Part shown: piece by piece, positions 10,501 through 23,400 of the stretch | How the letters are laid out: each line of letters opens with the position of its first letter | Position numbering within the stretch: the first letter of the stretch is position 1 | From: Podarcis filfolensis | Lineage: Eukaryota | Strand: one strand, 5' to 3' | Length of the DNA: 64,000 bases | Assembly: GCA_964270895.1 (NCBI GenBank) | Contig: OZ185437.1 | The notes under the pieces: generated by a model | Database searches by the model: none | Told to the model about the DNA's origin: nothing | Seen by the model: only the letters and a program-made list of their open reading frames with translations | Made by a program: the position numbers and the translations under genes

Positions 10501-12877
10501 AAAGTCCCTGAGGTCTTGTGGCTTGTGGCTTTAGTTTTGCTCTTGTGGAAAGACATGGTAAAATGTAGAAGTGACTATTCATTCTTTTTATCACATGAGC
10601 TAAGTCTTGTGAATGGAGATCCATTAGCCTGAGTTTTAAGCTTATTTTCAAGACTCCCGATTAAGCAAGATAATAAGGAAGTGCTGTTTTGTGTAAATGT
10701 GTGGTTTCAACTCGATTTTGAATTAGAAATTTGTTTCCTCTAAAGCAGAATAATATGTTCAAGCTTGTGCCAGTGTGCAAGTCTAGGGATTGGGGGTTCA
10801 AATCACAGGCTGCCAGAAGTTGATGAACATCTGAGGCTAACTAGAAAAACAGGAAAAGTTACAGAAAATAGCTGCAACGCTTGTGTCTACCCACTAACCT
10901 TTCCCCGGTTGTTTTAAAAGAGTATGTCTTGAAGATAACTTTGTCTACTTTTCAAAACGTATAAACAACATCACCAGAGTAGGAGGTAACAGAACAAACA
11001 AACAAAACCCCCCAAGAAAATTATAAAGTTGCAAATTAAAATGGCTAAAAATGAAAAACACAGAAGCGGGATAAAATCCAGATTTAAAAGCAGCAGGATG
11101 GAATCACTTGGTATAAATTCTAGGCACTGACATGAAATCAGCTGGGTAAATAAAATAGTCTTGGCATGACAGTTGAGAGGAATGGTGCCAAGTGGGTCTC
11201 CGTATCCAATAATAATATCATGGAGGCCCAAATCTCCACTTGGCCATTAAGGCTTCTGGGTGCCCTTCTGGGTGCCCATTTGTGGTGGTAGACTGGTGAT
11301 AAGTGGACTGAAGATGGTAGAGCATAAAAGTCTTAATCTCAGGGTCATGGGTTTCAGCCCCATGTTGGGCAAAAAGATTCCTGCATTGCAGGAGGTTGGA
11401 CTAGATGGTCCGTGGTCCCATGATGCACAACCACCCTAGGAAGAAGCACCTGTAGCAAAGAACCCAAACATGAGGTCCCCTGCTTCTCTGCAAGGAAGCT
11501 GGGAGGCAAGCACTTGCAGCGCAAATTAAGTTACTTCCAGTGCAAGGCTTGCCAGGACATTCGTAGAAGGGCACAGTCTTGACTGTGAGCAGAAGAATCA
11601 CAAGCCTCCAACTGTAAATCTAAAATGAGAAACAGAAGAGACTGGCAAAATTAGACTGGGATATGAGTTTTAAAGCTATGTCAAACGCTTCCCCAAGTCT
11701 GCTTAGATTAGGTAGTAGAAGGTGTTGAAAGAATACTGAGGTAGAAGGGATTTCCTTTCAGATATTATTAGCAACATAGTGTGCATGTCTCCGAGTCAAG
11801 TGGAGCTCTTAAGGTTAGTTTATGCAGTTTATTAGATGTCATTTCCAAAACAAGACTCATGGCATTGCAGAGCAGTTAAAATGCACTAAAGTTCAAAACA
11901 GTGCAACCCCACCCCCACCCCCAACACACTAACACATCAGGGATAACATTAGTGGAGGCCAGTACAGTGGTACCTCTAGTTATGAACTTAATTCATTCTG
12001 GAGGTCCGTTCTTAACCTGAGACTGTTCTTAACTAGAGGCGTGCTTTCGCTAATGGGTCCTCTTGCTGCCCCTGCTTCGCCGGCACACAATCTCCGTTCT
12101 CATCCTGGGGCAAAGTTCTCAACTCGATGTAACTCTTCCAGGTTAGTGGAGTTTGTAACCTGAAGCGTTTGTAACCTGAGGCGTTTGTAACTCGAGGTAC
12201 CACTGTATGTATGAAATCAGCCCCTTGTATCACATTTTATGCAAATTCCTGACTTGCTTGAATTCAGTTCCCTGGATTCGTGTGTGTGGCTAAGAAAATG
12301 GTAGCCTGGAGAGAAGAACAAGCTGCACATGACTCTGGCCCTGAAATTTCTCTGCTAGATACAAATAAGTCAAATAACTTACAGCACATTTTAGCAGTTA
12401 GTTCAAGTCTCTTAAAAGGAACCAGGAAGAAGCACGCACCAGAGGTTACAACACCTCCCTCTGTATAAATTGGGTCATTCCTCTAACTGTTTGTGTTACT
12501 TCAGAAGATGAATGGCCTTTAAAATTTCATAAGGCAGAAGAGATGATAGAAGTGTGGTATGGCAGGTCTGCCAGTTCAAGAGGTTTCAACGTGTTTAAAA
12601 CCTGTGATAGTTGTTAGTTGTTGGCAGAGCAGAATAATGTGAGAGCTTGCTTCAGCATGGGCTGTAAAGTGCCACACAGTATTGTGCAGAGATGTTAGAC
12701 TGGCTTTGTAGCCTTGGCTGCTTTCCAGACAAACTTGTGGCAAGCAGATGGGAAAGGAGGGAAGAAATGAGAGAAGAAGGTGCTGTCACACCACTTGTTA
12801 TGTTGTAACTGTTTCTCATTGGGGCAGACTATCTTTCAGTTAGGGTCTGGCTCAAACAAGCAGGTAAGTCATGGTGG

Positions 12878-12919
<42 letters not shown>

Positions 12920-15900
12920 TGAATTGAATTTATATACCGCCCTATACCTGAGGGTCTCAGGGCAGTTCACAGAATAAAATCAAGATATAAAACCACAAAA
13001 TACCTAATAAAAATAAAAACAACAACCCGATAGCCCCCCGCCAAAAAAACCACAAAATTTAAAATGGCATAGGATGTAAATCGGATCAACCAAAGGCCTG
13101 GTTAAAAAGGAGCGTTTTTGCCTGGCACCTAAACGTGTATAATGAAGGCACCAGCGAACTTCCCTGGGGAGAGCATTCCACAGACGGGGAGCCACCTCAG
13201 AGAAGGCCTGTTCTCGTGTTGCCACCCTCCAGGCCTCTTGAGGAGGAGGCACACGAAGGAAGGCCTCAGAAGATGATTTCGGGTCTGGGTAGGTTCATAT
13301 GGAAAGAGGCAGTCCTTGAGGTATCTCATTCCTGAGCCATTTAAAACAAAAGGAAATTGTACACTTTGCTTGTAGTCAGTGGTGATCAGTTGGGGTTTCC
13401 AGTATGCAACTTGTTGCCGTTTGTTTTTGCAAATATAGAAACCTCCATTCATTTCTCCACACTTGGATTCTGTACATGGAGAACCACTGAACAGGGCTGA
13501 AGTGTACACACTGTATGAAGCGTTGAAACCCCTAAGACAAGGCAAGGCGACTGTTGAAACTGGTTTTGAGCAATCATCTCTTCAGAGCTGACAAGTGCAT
13601 TATGTCTTCCTTCTGTTAAAGGAAGTGAATTTTCAGTATCCAGAGCTGTTTTAATTTTAGGTCAACTTTTACCCTTAGGATGACAGGAAAAGCAATTAAA
13701 AATATATCTAAAACCAACTATAGCCTTTTAAAAAAACATACAATGGAACATACATTTCAGGGGGCTAAAACTGGTTTGTGACTTCCTAACACACTTCTAT
13801 ACATATACATATAGCCCCATCAAACATTGTTTGGTAGAAGCTCAACTTTACCATGTACCTGCAGCATGGGAAATGTTGGAGAAGTACCCAAGATGTAAGC
13901 AGGATGTGGTTCACCAGAACTTGTAAAAGAAGCATGAATGGTTTGGGGAAAGAATAATGAAGGTTCAGAAGGCAACAGTCACAGAAGAGAAGTGAGCTGA
14001 CATGCATGGAATAGGCATTCAAGACTGAAGGGGCCTGGCCTTGGATGTGGATTTGTTTTTTTACTTTTTCAGGTGCAGTAGCAGTAATTTGATTCAGCAA
14101 CTAGAAATAGTGGACCAGTGGTGGGGAACATGTTGCCCTGGATGTTGTTGAACTCTGCTCCCATCAGCTCTAGCCAGCATGACAACGGTCAGGCCTGATA
14201 GGAAATAGCAATCCAGCAACAACTGGAGGGCCACAAGTCCACCACCACTGGAGTAGATGGGTGGTCTCATCCTACTTACAAGTCAAACCCTACTAATCCT
14301 ATTGTGTGCAAGCTAAAGAAACTTTGAGATCCTGACTTTTCAGTTCTGTGTTGTGCTTAGCAGAAGACCATGTTAAAGGGTTTCTGTCATGTTAAACTTC
14401 AAAACTTTTGCCCAGTTTTGAACACCTACAATCTAACAAGGAAGCTCTTGTTACTATAAGTTTTGACAGAATTTGCCTGCACCCTCACCATTACCTCATT
14501 GACTTGTATAAATATCCCTGGCTTCATCCAATTACTGGTGGAAGATGCTAGTTTTATTACCATTGTCCTAGGATTAATTCATGGTAAGTAAGAGCACATA
14601 TGACCATTAGATATGGTAGACGTTCTGAAGACTAATTAGGCTTGCACAATGCTGGTGCATGTGCAGAGTTCCAGTTAAAGTAAGCTTCTCAGTAACAGTA
14701 CAGTGGTACCTCAGGTTACATACGCTTCAGGTTACAGACTCCGCTAACCCAGAAATAGTACCTTGGGTTAAGAACTTTACTTCAGGATGAGAACAGAAAT
14801 CATGCGGCAGCAGCAGGAGGCCCCATTTGCTAAAGTGGTGCTTCAGGTTAAGAACAGTTTCAGTTTAAGAACGGACCTCTGGAACAAATTAAGTACTTAA
14901 CCCAAGGTACCACTGTACTTGCTGCTGGAGTTGATGCCCACATGAGTAGTGTTTTAACAGGCACTGTGTGCAATAACTAACTTTGTGAATTGAGAATTCC
15001 ACTTTTCTCAAACGTGATATTGCAGAGAATACCAAAGGATTCATGGGGCAAGGTGTTTTGTGTGTTTGCCCTTGACTTGATCTAGGGATGGATTAAGGTA
15101 TATTCTAGAACTGGTGTCAGCTTCAGTTTAGCTGATGGACCTAGTTTCAGCAGATTACAGAATGCTGCGTTGTAGCCAGATATGTGTGACTTCATGGGAA
15201 GCTGAAAATTGCACTGATTTTCTGGTGCCAGATCCATCATCTTCAAATGTTTTATCCTAGCACCTGAAGTATAGTTTTATAATGCGTTTAGTGAGAGGCT
15301 TTTATGTCATTAACTTGGCTGGTTAATATTACAACAGTGCCTACATGAACAAATTACAAGATAAAATGTGGAATAATGATCCAATTTTTCATTACTGTGC
15401 TGACCCCAGTACCATAGAAACAGCCTCCCCGTGCCCTGTTTAATTCTATTGCAATTTTTAAGATCAGCATGCATAATCCTCTTTTTGACTGTGTGATTTG
15501 TCTCTACAAAAGATAAAAGCCTTCCATGCAAGATATCCAAGATAACTTGGATAGTTTATAATTATACAGGTTTTTACAAACTTGGCATATGTGGTCAGAA
15601 AGGGCGAAAGGGAGGACTGGTTGATATAGCGTCTTGCATTGTTGCAAAAATCAGTTGATGTGGGGAGGAGGGGAAGAAAAGTCTTGCATAGTAGGAAGTC
15701 TTGTGGAGCCCATAACCCAAAATTGCTGCGGCTACTGCCTACCTAAATCGACTCAGTCAAAGCAATTCTCTGATAGTGGAAGAAAGGTGTGTTCTAAGTC
15801 CTAGCCCAATGGCTTCGTTAAGCAGCCTGCTCTCAACAGGCCAAAAGCCAATTAAATCCCCACACACACCTTAAGTGGTACTGTAAAAATTCTAAACATA

Positions 15901-18900
15901 GTAGCCATGTTAGTAGAATTGTTCTGTAAAACACACATGCAGTAGTTGTTCACAGTACTACCCATGAAAAGTTGGTTCATGTTGGGCTGCCCAACCTATC
16001 ATGTGACAATGTTGGCCCGAAAACAAGAAGCAGAACTAGATGAACCATTGCCCTGATCCAGCAGGCTCTTCTTATGTTCTTAAATGATAGAATTTCATAT
16101 TGTGGCATAATCAGGAGTCTGAGCTGTTCATGGTATGTCAGCTAATTCAGATGCCAACTCTGTCTACCAACAACTTGCCCAACCTTTCTGTCAACATCTT
16201 CTGGCCTAACTGTGAGCTATTAATGTTTTAACTGAAGTCCCTGGCACAAATTTGATAATTTTGTGGTGAAGTGGTTAAACTTTGGAAGGGAATCCTTGAG
16301 CATGGAGCTGGATGGACTTTTTTCTGTTGCTAGGTGGGTGGGTGTTGCAGTGGGTGAAGCCAGCAGCATGTGGTTTTGATTTATCGATCCAGAATTTGCT
16401 TCAGTTTGCAACATGGCCACCTCTCATTACAATTCCCAGTACCATACAGATCTCATTGGAAGTAAGCCCTATTGGTTTTAATGGGATCCCCTCAAAAAGT
16501 CTACAGGGGGTTTTGTACAACATTCCAATACAGCTACTGTTCTGGAGGTTAAGTTAAAGTCATTCCTTTCTGACTTTAGTGTGCTATATACAAATACACA
16601 CACCAACATATATAATCATAGTAAGCAGTTAAGTGGCAGAAAACTAACAATTGTTCCCAGACAGCCAGGGGCAGAGGAACGTGGCATTTCCCTAACCAAT
16701 ACATCCAGGACTAAAAAAACAAACAAAAAAAACCCTGTTAACTTTTATTCTCTTCCTTTCTACGTGAAATGAGGGGGGATGCAGTTAGGAAGTCAGGAAA
16801 AACTTAAGAAGAAACAGGAAGGGAAGACCTCTGGCATGGAAGAACAGGGTAGATTCAGAAGGGTGCAGAGGACACACAAAACGATGTCAGGGACTTCAGG
16901 TTGGCCACCTTGGCATGTGCTCTGGTGGGATCTTTAAAAACTTGCTCCTCCTTTCTACCTTGTACACAGGGTCATTAGGCAGATAACCTCCAGCACTTGA
17001 CAAGGGATCTCAATCTCCTGTTCATCAAAAGACGTCCTAGCATTCTTAGTACTTACTCAATGCTTGACCGTTAAGCAACTAGAATTCTTTTAAGTTATTA
17101 TCAATGTGTAAATGTTAGTTTAATCCCTTGGAAATAGGGTACATGAATTTTGCAATAAAACATGCACACCTTCAGCCATGAATGATGGCTTTTGCTTGAA
17201 CGACTAATCCACTGTTAAGCTGAGTAAAGCTATTGTTTTGGGGATTAGCTTGAAGGTAGATGTGGCCAGGGTGTGTCTGTGTCTCAAGCCTACTTTGCAA
17301 CAACAAGGGGTTGGGCCAAAGGTTATCTGAAACCAGAATGGGTCCCCCAACATCTCAGGACATGCACACACCCCTGTGCAGACATCCTAGGCTCTAGGAA
17401 CATAGGAAATGTCTTGCATACAAGCAGAAGAGCTTGATGCATCAGGCCAATGGCCCATCTAGTTCAGCATCCTGTTCTCACAGTGGCCAACTGCATTTAT
17501 ATTAAAAGCCTGAAAATAGAACCTGAGTGTAACAGCACTCCCCACTTGCAATTCGCAGAGTCAAACCACTGGTCTATCTAGTTCAGTATTGCCTACACTG
17601 ATGGGCAGCCACTCTCCAGGGTTTCAGACAGTGGAAATTCCTAGATCTATATGGCGATGCTGATGACTTTCTGCATGCAACGCAACACTTTCTGCATGCA
17701 AAGCACCAACTTATGGCACTTCCTCCAGGCTCTAGTGCATGTCTCTGATGTCCTCTACATATCCCAGACTTCTGCAGGACTCTGTTCACCATAGATGGAC
17801 AATGTGTTCAGGACCTTGTACAAATCGTATTCTTCACTCTTCCAGTTGACCCTTCCAGAGTGCCCAATCTGTGCTGTGCAGGCCAATGGTGTTTGGCCAG
17901 ATCAATTGTTTACTGTTGGATTCCCTAAATTCTGTAGGGGGCGGGGATCCTCAAAGTCTTGTGCAGGCAGACTTCATTATTTCACTCATCTCTAGCTCTT
18001 CTGAGTGCTAGCTCAATTGGACATACATTTTGCCATATTCACATGATCGGCTGCCAGCTGCCACATAACCTGATTATCAGTATTGAACAACCCCTTTTTG
18101 CTTTGGCTACTTTAAGAAAACAGTGCCTAGTGCTGCCCTTCGTAACATTTGCCCTCTTGTCTTTCAGGTCAAGAACGTTTTGGCAACATGACCAGAGTGT
18201 ACTATAAAGAAGCTGTCGGTGCTTTTGTAGTATTTGATGTCACAAGAGGCTCAACATTTGAGGCAGTTTCCAAGTGGAAACATGACTTGGACAGCAAAGT
18301 GCTTCTCCCAAATGGCAGCCCAATCCCTGCAGTTCTAATTGCCAACAAATGTGACCAAAAGAAAGACAGTGGCCAAAATCCTTCTCAGATGGACCAGTTC
18401 TGCAAAGAAGGAGGTTTTGCTGGGTGGTTTGAAACCTCTGCAAAGGTAAGAATATTCTTAAACCAGGGTAAGCTTTAAAGCTTATGTGTACATATGTGAA
18501 AAACAAAAGCTGTGCAAAGGCACACTTACAAATTGAATTACAAAAGTTTCTGGCCTAAATAAATGTTTGTTATCTGATTTCTTTCATATATCGGTCTGAT
18601 TTTGTCTCAGATACAGTTTTGGGGAACAGCTATTATTATTATTATTTCAATTATTATTAGTATGATTACTTTCTTGTGACAAATTCTGTTACAAAAGAGA
18701 AAATTTGAATACAGCTCTAAAATATGGCATAATAAATTGGAAAAAAATGTCGCACAATGTGTATTCACTATCGCCCTTACCACCGAAGTCAATCTGTGTT
18801 TGATCATGTAAGAAGCCAAATGTCCCAGAGCTTATTGCCTATCCTTTATTAATTTCGATGTGGTTCTTAATTTAGTGTAAATAAATCTTCTTGCCATGTA

Positions 18901-20483
18901 ATTATGTGGTATATGATACTTATTTGTTTTAGTCATATGGACGGTGAAGCATTAAAATCCAGGAAATGAAACTTTAGACCAAACTTTATAGTTAATGGCT
19001 GTGCTTTTGATCTAAAGAGCACATCGCCTGAAACAGTAACGGCTTCTAGGAAGCTCAGACACATGTGACTCTTAAAAGAAATGCAACCCCACTGCTTCTT
19101 GCTTTGAGCAAACATTTGAATAACTAGAATCACAACCCATTTCTCATGATAAATGTGTAAGGAAGCATAGCTCATTGGCAGAACATTTGACTATAAGTTC
19201 CAGTTCAGTTCTGGGTGTTCACTCAATAGTGGTTCTTGAAAGGAAGACGTGTAGCTCAGTAACTACTGTAAGTATATCCTTGATGTTCTAAGGGACCCCA
19301 AGTTCTAAGTTTCATGTATCACTGCTTTAAATGGCTTGAGGTAGAACAGCTGATGCTGCCACACATAGCTGACTAATTGGGGCAAAATTGCAGATGGGAG
19401 CTAGTATAATTTTATCCTTCTGAAAATCACGCATTCAGGTGCAGATGTTGTCCACTTTTGATAAGGAATGGGCATTCAGGTCTAAATAGGCACCCACATT
19501 CTGCCCCAACTACTTAATTGAACCACACATATGTAGATGCAGAGAAATCTTGCCCCATAGCAATGGTGGGCAATGGAACTGCTTGTACAGCAAGATAGAG
19601 AGATGTGAATAAGGCACTAGGAAGTAATCTTGATTGATGTGAAATCTCAACATGTTCACTGTCTGATCCCTGCTTAGCTAGGCTCATGCAGGGGAGAAGC
19701 AAGCTCTGAAAATGGTAGTGATGCAGCTGCAGGAGTGTATCTGTGCTGCCAAAGCAGCCCCCCCCCCCAAAGACAGGAAACTAAATTAAAAGCTTTTTAA
19801 TGCAGCAGCTTCCATCCACCTGAAGATCATTTTTCTGTGTAGAAAATGAAATTCAACATGGCACTGGTTTTGCACTGGCCTTAGAAAGGTAAAGTTGCAG
19901 ACTTTAACCTTAAACCAATTGCATGGAAGCTGAAATAACAGTCATGAAGTGCTTTGCTTGTAAACTTTAGTTCCGAACAGTTTTCATAAATGGTTTGAAT
20001 CATTGTATCAAAACACCTTTTACACATATACAGCAAGTCTTCAACTTACGCATGGGTTACGTTCAGGGATCGTACCTACAGCCAAAATAGTGTATTGTCA
20101 AAACCCATTGAGTGCATTGGTGGATGGGATTGCTGAAGTCTTTTTTTCCTGGATGCCCAGCCCCTTTTTGCCCCCTTTTAATTTTTTTTTAGAAAAGATT
20201 TGCCGAGCACGTAAAGCTGAATGTGCATTAAGTTGTGGGCTTGTTGTACAAGGCTTGCATGCTGAAGAGGTGGCGTTCTTAGATTCTTCTACACACGAAA
20301 GCATTAACTTATCTCCTATGGTTTCCTCCGCAGGATAATATCAACATAGATGAAGCTGCTCGGTTCTTGGTAGAAAACATCCTTGCAAATCTCAAAGCCT
20401 TTCCTAGTGAAGAGAATGATGTCGGGAGACTAAAACTGGAACCGGGTCCTCTGACAGCAGAAAGCAAACCTCAGTGCTGTTAG
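1318..20483 (+). CDS. RAB32: Ras-related protein Rab-32, spliced CDS join(1318..1570,18168..18445,20334..20483), 226 aa
   Basis: GELGVGKT P-loop, WDIAGQE (Rab32/38/29 signature), ANKCD, ETSAK, helix [12 protein letters not shown]-terminal CC prenylation motif; GT-AG introns in phase 1 then 0; strong Kozak (agaATGG). Confidence 0.98.
1339..1359 (+). repeat. (GGC)7 coding trinucleotide repeat (poly-Gly)
   Basis: Direct reading inside RAB32 exon 1. Confidence 0.95.
5539..5882 (-). mobile_element. Sauria SINE, near full length (type A)
   Basis: Reverse-complement tRNA-like head (GGCGCTGTGGGTTAAACC...GGTTCGAATCCCC), Sauria core AGTAGATAAATAGGTACC, 3' end near the CTTTAC tail. Confidence 0.92.
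6497..6632. mobile_element. Palindromic hAT-type MITE
   Basis: TIRs CAGTGATGGCCAAACTTGGCCCTCCAG; internal core shared with the copy at 40955-41085. Confidence 0.88.
7607..8026 (+). pseudogene. SNRPF: Processed retrocopy of SNRPF (Sm protein F) in RAB32 intron 1; coding remnant 7704-7956
   Basis: Intronless [29 protein letters not shown]...[11 protein letters not shown]; start ATG>GTG at 7704; +1 frameshift after LY, and the shifted frame reads [12 protein letters not shown] (TAA 7954-7956); AATAAA 7974-7979; flanking direct repeat AGACTTGGT at 7607-7615 and 8018-8026. Confidence 0.93.
9420..9820 (+). mobile_element. L2 LINE ORF2 3' fragment interrupted by a hAT element
   Basis: [17 protein letters not shown] before the insertion, and a degenerate TPALK-ELH*LP after it (L2 KLQLVQNAA...HITPVLxxLHWLP motif). 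Confidence 0.65.
9505..9755. mobile_element. Non-autonomous hAT/Charlie-like DNA transposon
   Basis: Right TIR AGTTTGCTGACCCCTG, degenerate left TIR ...TAGGCAAACT, GGCCCG subterminal motifs; no clear TSD. Confidence 0.75.
11303..11420 (+). mobile_element. tRNA-Lys-derived SINE with CR1-like tail
   Basis: GGTAGAGCAT..CTTAATCTCAGGGTCATGGGTTTCAGCCCCATGTTGGGC matches tRNA-Lys(CTT) with decay; followed by GGTTGGACTAGATG typical of CR1 3' ends. Confidence 0.7.
11965..12205. mobile_element. Tc1/mariner-type MITE
   Basis: TIRs CAGTGGTACCTC...GAGGTACCACTG, with TA on both sides (11963-64, 12206-07). Confidence 0.9.
12878..13345 (-). mobile_element. L2 LINE 3' end with (TAA)n tail
   Basis: Minus-strand [14 protein letters not shown] (L2 ORF2 C-terminus); (ATT)14 at 12878-12919. 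Confidence 0.85.
14116..14250. mobile_element. Old hAT-type MITE (same broad family as 6497)
   Basis: CAGTGGTGG...CCACCACTG termini, CTCCCATCAGC and CTGGAGGGCC core. Confidence 0.65.
14701..14915. mobile_element. Tc1/mariner-type MITE, same family as 11965-12205, opposite orientation
   Basis: TIRs CAGTGGTACC...GGTACCACTG, TA TSD; the reverse complement of its right end matches the left end of the 11965 copy. Confidence 0.9.
17395..17500 (-). mobile_element. CR1 LINE 3' terminal fragment
   Basis: GAACATAGGAA...CAGGCCAATGGCCCATCTAGTTCAGCATCCTGTTCTCACAGTGGCC is a typical reverse-complement squamate CR1 end. Confidence 0.65.
18168..18445 (+). CDS. RAB32: RAB32 coding exon 2 ([18 protein letters not shown]...WFETSAK)
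   Basis: Acceptor CTTGTCTTTCAG|, donor AAG|GTAAGA; 278 nt. Confidence 0.97.
20334..20483 (+). CDS. RAB32: RAB32 coding exon 3 ([17 protein letters not shown]...KPQCC*)
   Basis: Acceptor TTTCCTCCGCAG|; TAG at 20481-20483; not shown in the ORF track because it has no start codon. Confidence 0.96.
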   Translation, partial: DNINIDEAARFLVENILANLKAFPSEENDVGRLKLEPGPLTAESKPQCC

Positions 20484-23400
20484 TTACATCCAATCTTGCA
20501 GTGACACACTATGTCAGAGCAGCGAGATTCCTGCTCCTCATGTTGGACTGCTGCTATGGTGCTTCATCATGACAATCCTAATGGGGAATTGTGTTTTGTA
20601 GAGTTGATCACACTCCAGGCGTTTACACACTTTTTTCCTTGTTAGGTAGGACTTCAAATTGCCTTCTACGCTATATCATTGTCTGGTTGTGAACCATTTA
20701 GCACAGTTGAAAGCTGCCTCCAATACGAAAAGGCAGTATTTATCCTACAAGGCAAGGGTCAGTATGAGTGACTCAATCCCAATATTTATCTTTCACAGTG
20801 CAATTTCAGAACTAGAATAGGAACATCTGTCTATGAATGAAAATGTTCATTTTGATAAGTGCTATTATCGTTTGCTTATATCCCCTTTAATGCATAAAAA
20901 TCCTGTAGCTGCCCCCTTTTGCTTTTCCCATAATGTCTCCTCCATTCGTCTTGAGCACCAGGGTCACCAAGCCTTTAGGGACACTTGGCACCCAAGAACA
21001 CTTCATTTCTGAAAAGCACAAGACTGATATTAAGCAATGGTAATCTTAAACTCTATTGCTTGGAAAGTCGGGATAGGAAGATTATGCTGTTTGGAAGGGA
21101 GTGATAAGGATAAGTCAGTGCTGTCCCATCTGACTCAGATAATGGAAACAAACATTCCAGTACACTTGCATACATTGCATCTGTTCACAATTAAACTTTT
21201 AAGGAAAATCTCCCTTCTTGCACAAGCACAATTCTTTCTGTATGTTCTTATGGTATCTGATGGGTTAAAAATGAATAATGTGCCTGATTAAACTGTCTCA
21301 AGAATTTTTAAAAAATGAAATCAGATTGCAACACAGAACTGTCAACTTCGATCTTTTAACTGATAGGTGTACGAGTAGAGACCTCTTCTTAATCATGCTA
21401 TATTTATAGTACCTGTATTTTTCCACTTTTACTATTCTACACAAGGAGTCACACTTGATTCAAGTCTTGCACAAGAACAATTTGCAAATGTGGAATATAT
21501 TATTGCTTTTATTACTATTGCTATCTGCTAAAGCTGTGTGTGCAAAAATAAGAAATCTGAAGTATCTGTGCAAAAACTGCCTTATTCTTATGGTGTGTGA
21601 AATGGGGTGACTTCTGTAAAATATTTAACGCATTGCATATTACAATCTTAAAACCTGTTAATCCTGTTTTGGTTTCTGCACCTTACACCTATATAACATA
21701 GCATGCCAGCCACTAGACATCTTGAAGTACTTTTGACCTAATATTTCTGAAGGCTTAAACTGGGTCACATCTATTTATGTGACCAAAGATGTTTTGATAT
21801 GATTTAAATGCCAGGCAAATATTTTTTATGATGTAAATGCACAAGCCTAGAGTTTTTAGAAGGTATGTTCAGGCACTTTGTCAAGAATCCAAAGAGAACA
21901 TCTCATGTTCCTAGACTTCTGTTCTAGGCTTGCACTAATTTTGTTGAATTCCACAAAAGTCAAAGCCCCTTTTAATCCCGAATCCCCTAACCGTTGTGGT
22001 TTTCATTTAGTTTTCTAAAATAAGTAAAAACATTTGGAATAGATTTTAATACACATGAAGTGCAAACCCAAAATGTGAGGTTGAGTAACTCATTGTTTTA
22101 AAAAAATCAAAATACGCTTCCTAATGGTAAATGTAATGGTAAAGCATCCTATAGCCACCTTCTGCACCCCAAACTTGCTGCATTGGATGTGGAGGGGGTG
22201 GGTAATTGTGTTTACATTAACAGATGTGTGCAAATGAACATGTTTATAAAACCTCATTAGAGATGCAGGCTGCTAGCCTCCAGCACTTCTGAGTAGGGCA
22301 ATAGACAAGAGACATTCTTTGGGGGCTCATTTTTGCCAGGCTTTCAGTGTTCTGCTTAACATGGCAGTCCTTTGAGCAGAAGTAATCTCTGCTTGTAAGG
22401 AAACAATCTTATGCACAGGTCAGCAAGACGGATAACATCACACTACTTGTTGATACTTGTCCAATGTGAGATCAATTTACAAGAAGAAGAAAAAATAGTT
22501 TTGTATACTTACTGTGAGTTCATGCTGTCCTTGAGAAAGCATTGCACCACTTTTTCTTAAGAAGGAATTCTCACTTCTGCAGCTTTTTAATTAAACAGTT
22601 TAGTTAAATCTTATCTTTCCAGTTACACGTTTTTGAATATTTCTTCCCAAAATCTAAGTGAGAAGTTTACATTGCATTTTGACAGTGGGTGTTTAGAACT
22701 CTGATATCGGCAAGCTCCTCTGATCACTTACAGAATTCTTAGAACATTCAAAAGCTAAACTTCATTGTGGCATATAAAAATAGGCTGAATTCATATCACA
22801 TGATTTGTGCTATGTAATGGTAAAGCATCCTATAGCCACTAGAAATGTACCAAAGGTGGGGAAAGAGACATCTGCTAGCTTGGTGATAGTAGCAAGGCAT
22901 TAATTCATGCTTACCAAATATTTATTGGTGTGCCTATTTAACTATTCAAAGCACATTACTGTTGATAGGGGGTCTTCCATGGATGTTGTATTGTTCTAAA
23001 TGGGAGCAAAGCACTTGCATAAAGGGGCATGGTGGTGCATTTTGGCATAGGGGCCATAGAGTACTCACTGTTGGACCTCAGTCTATCTGTATAGTACAGA
23101 ATGTGGTATTAGCTGTAGAACTCAGCTTAATTTAAGAAAACAAACAAACCTTTTGTGCCTCTTAAACTAGCTTAAAGCATGTAGGCAATGCTTGGTGGAG
23201 CTCAAAAGCCAGAGGCAGTATTATATGTAATCTCTAGTTTGGGGGGGAAGTGAAGCATTAGTGCCTGCTGTTCTCTGTGAGTAGCGGAAAGAATGTTGTA
23301 AAGTAAGTTGTTGATAGCTCCCTCCTTTCTATATCTTTTAACCTTAGCAGCATAATTGTATAACTTGACTTCCGTGCATGGCTCTTCAAAAGTCACTATT

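Noticed and set aside
11303-11376. tRNA-Lys gene
   Set aside because: The acceptor stem and boxes are degraded and it continues into a CR1-like tail: a SINE.
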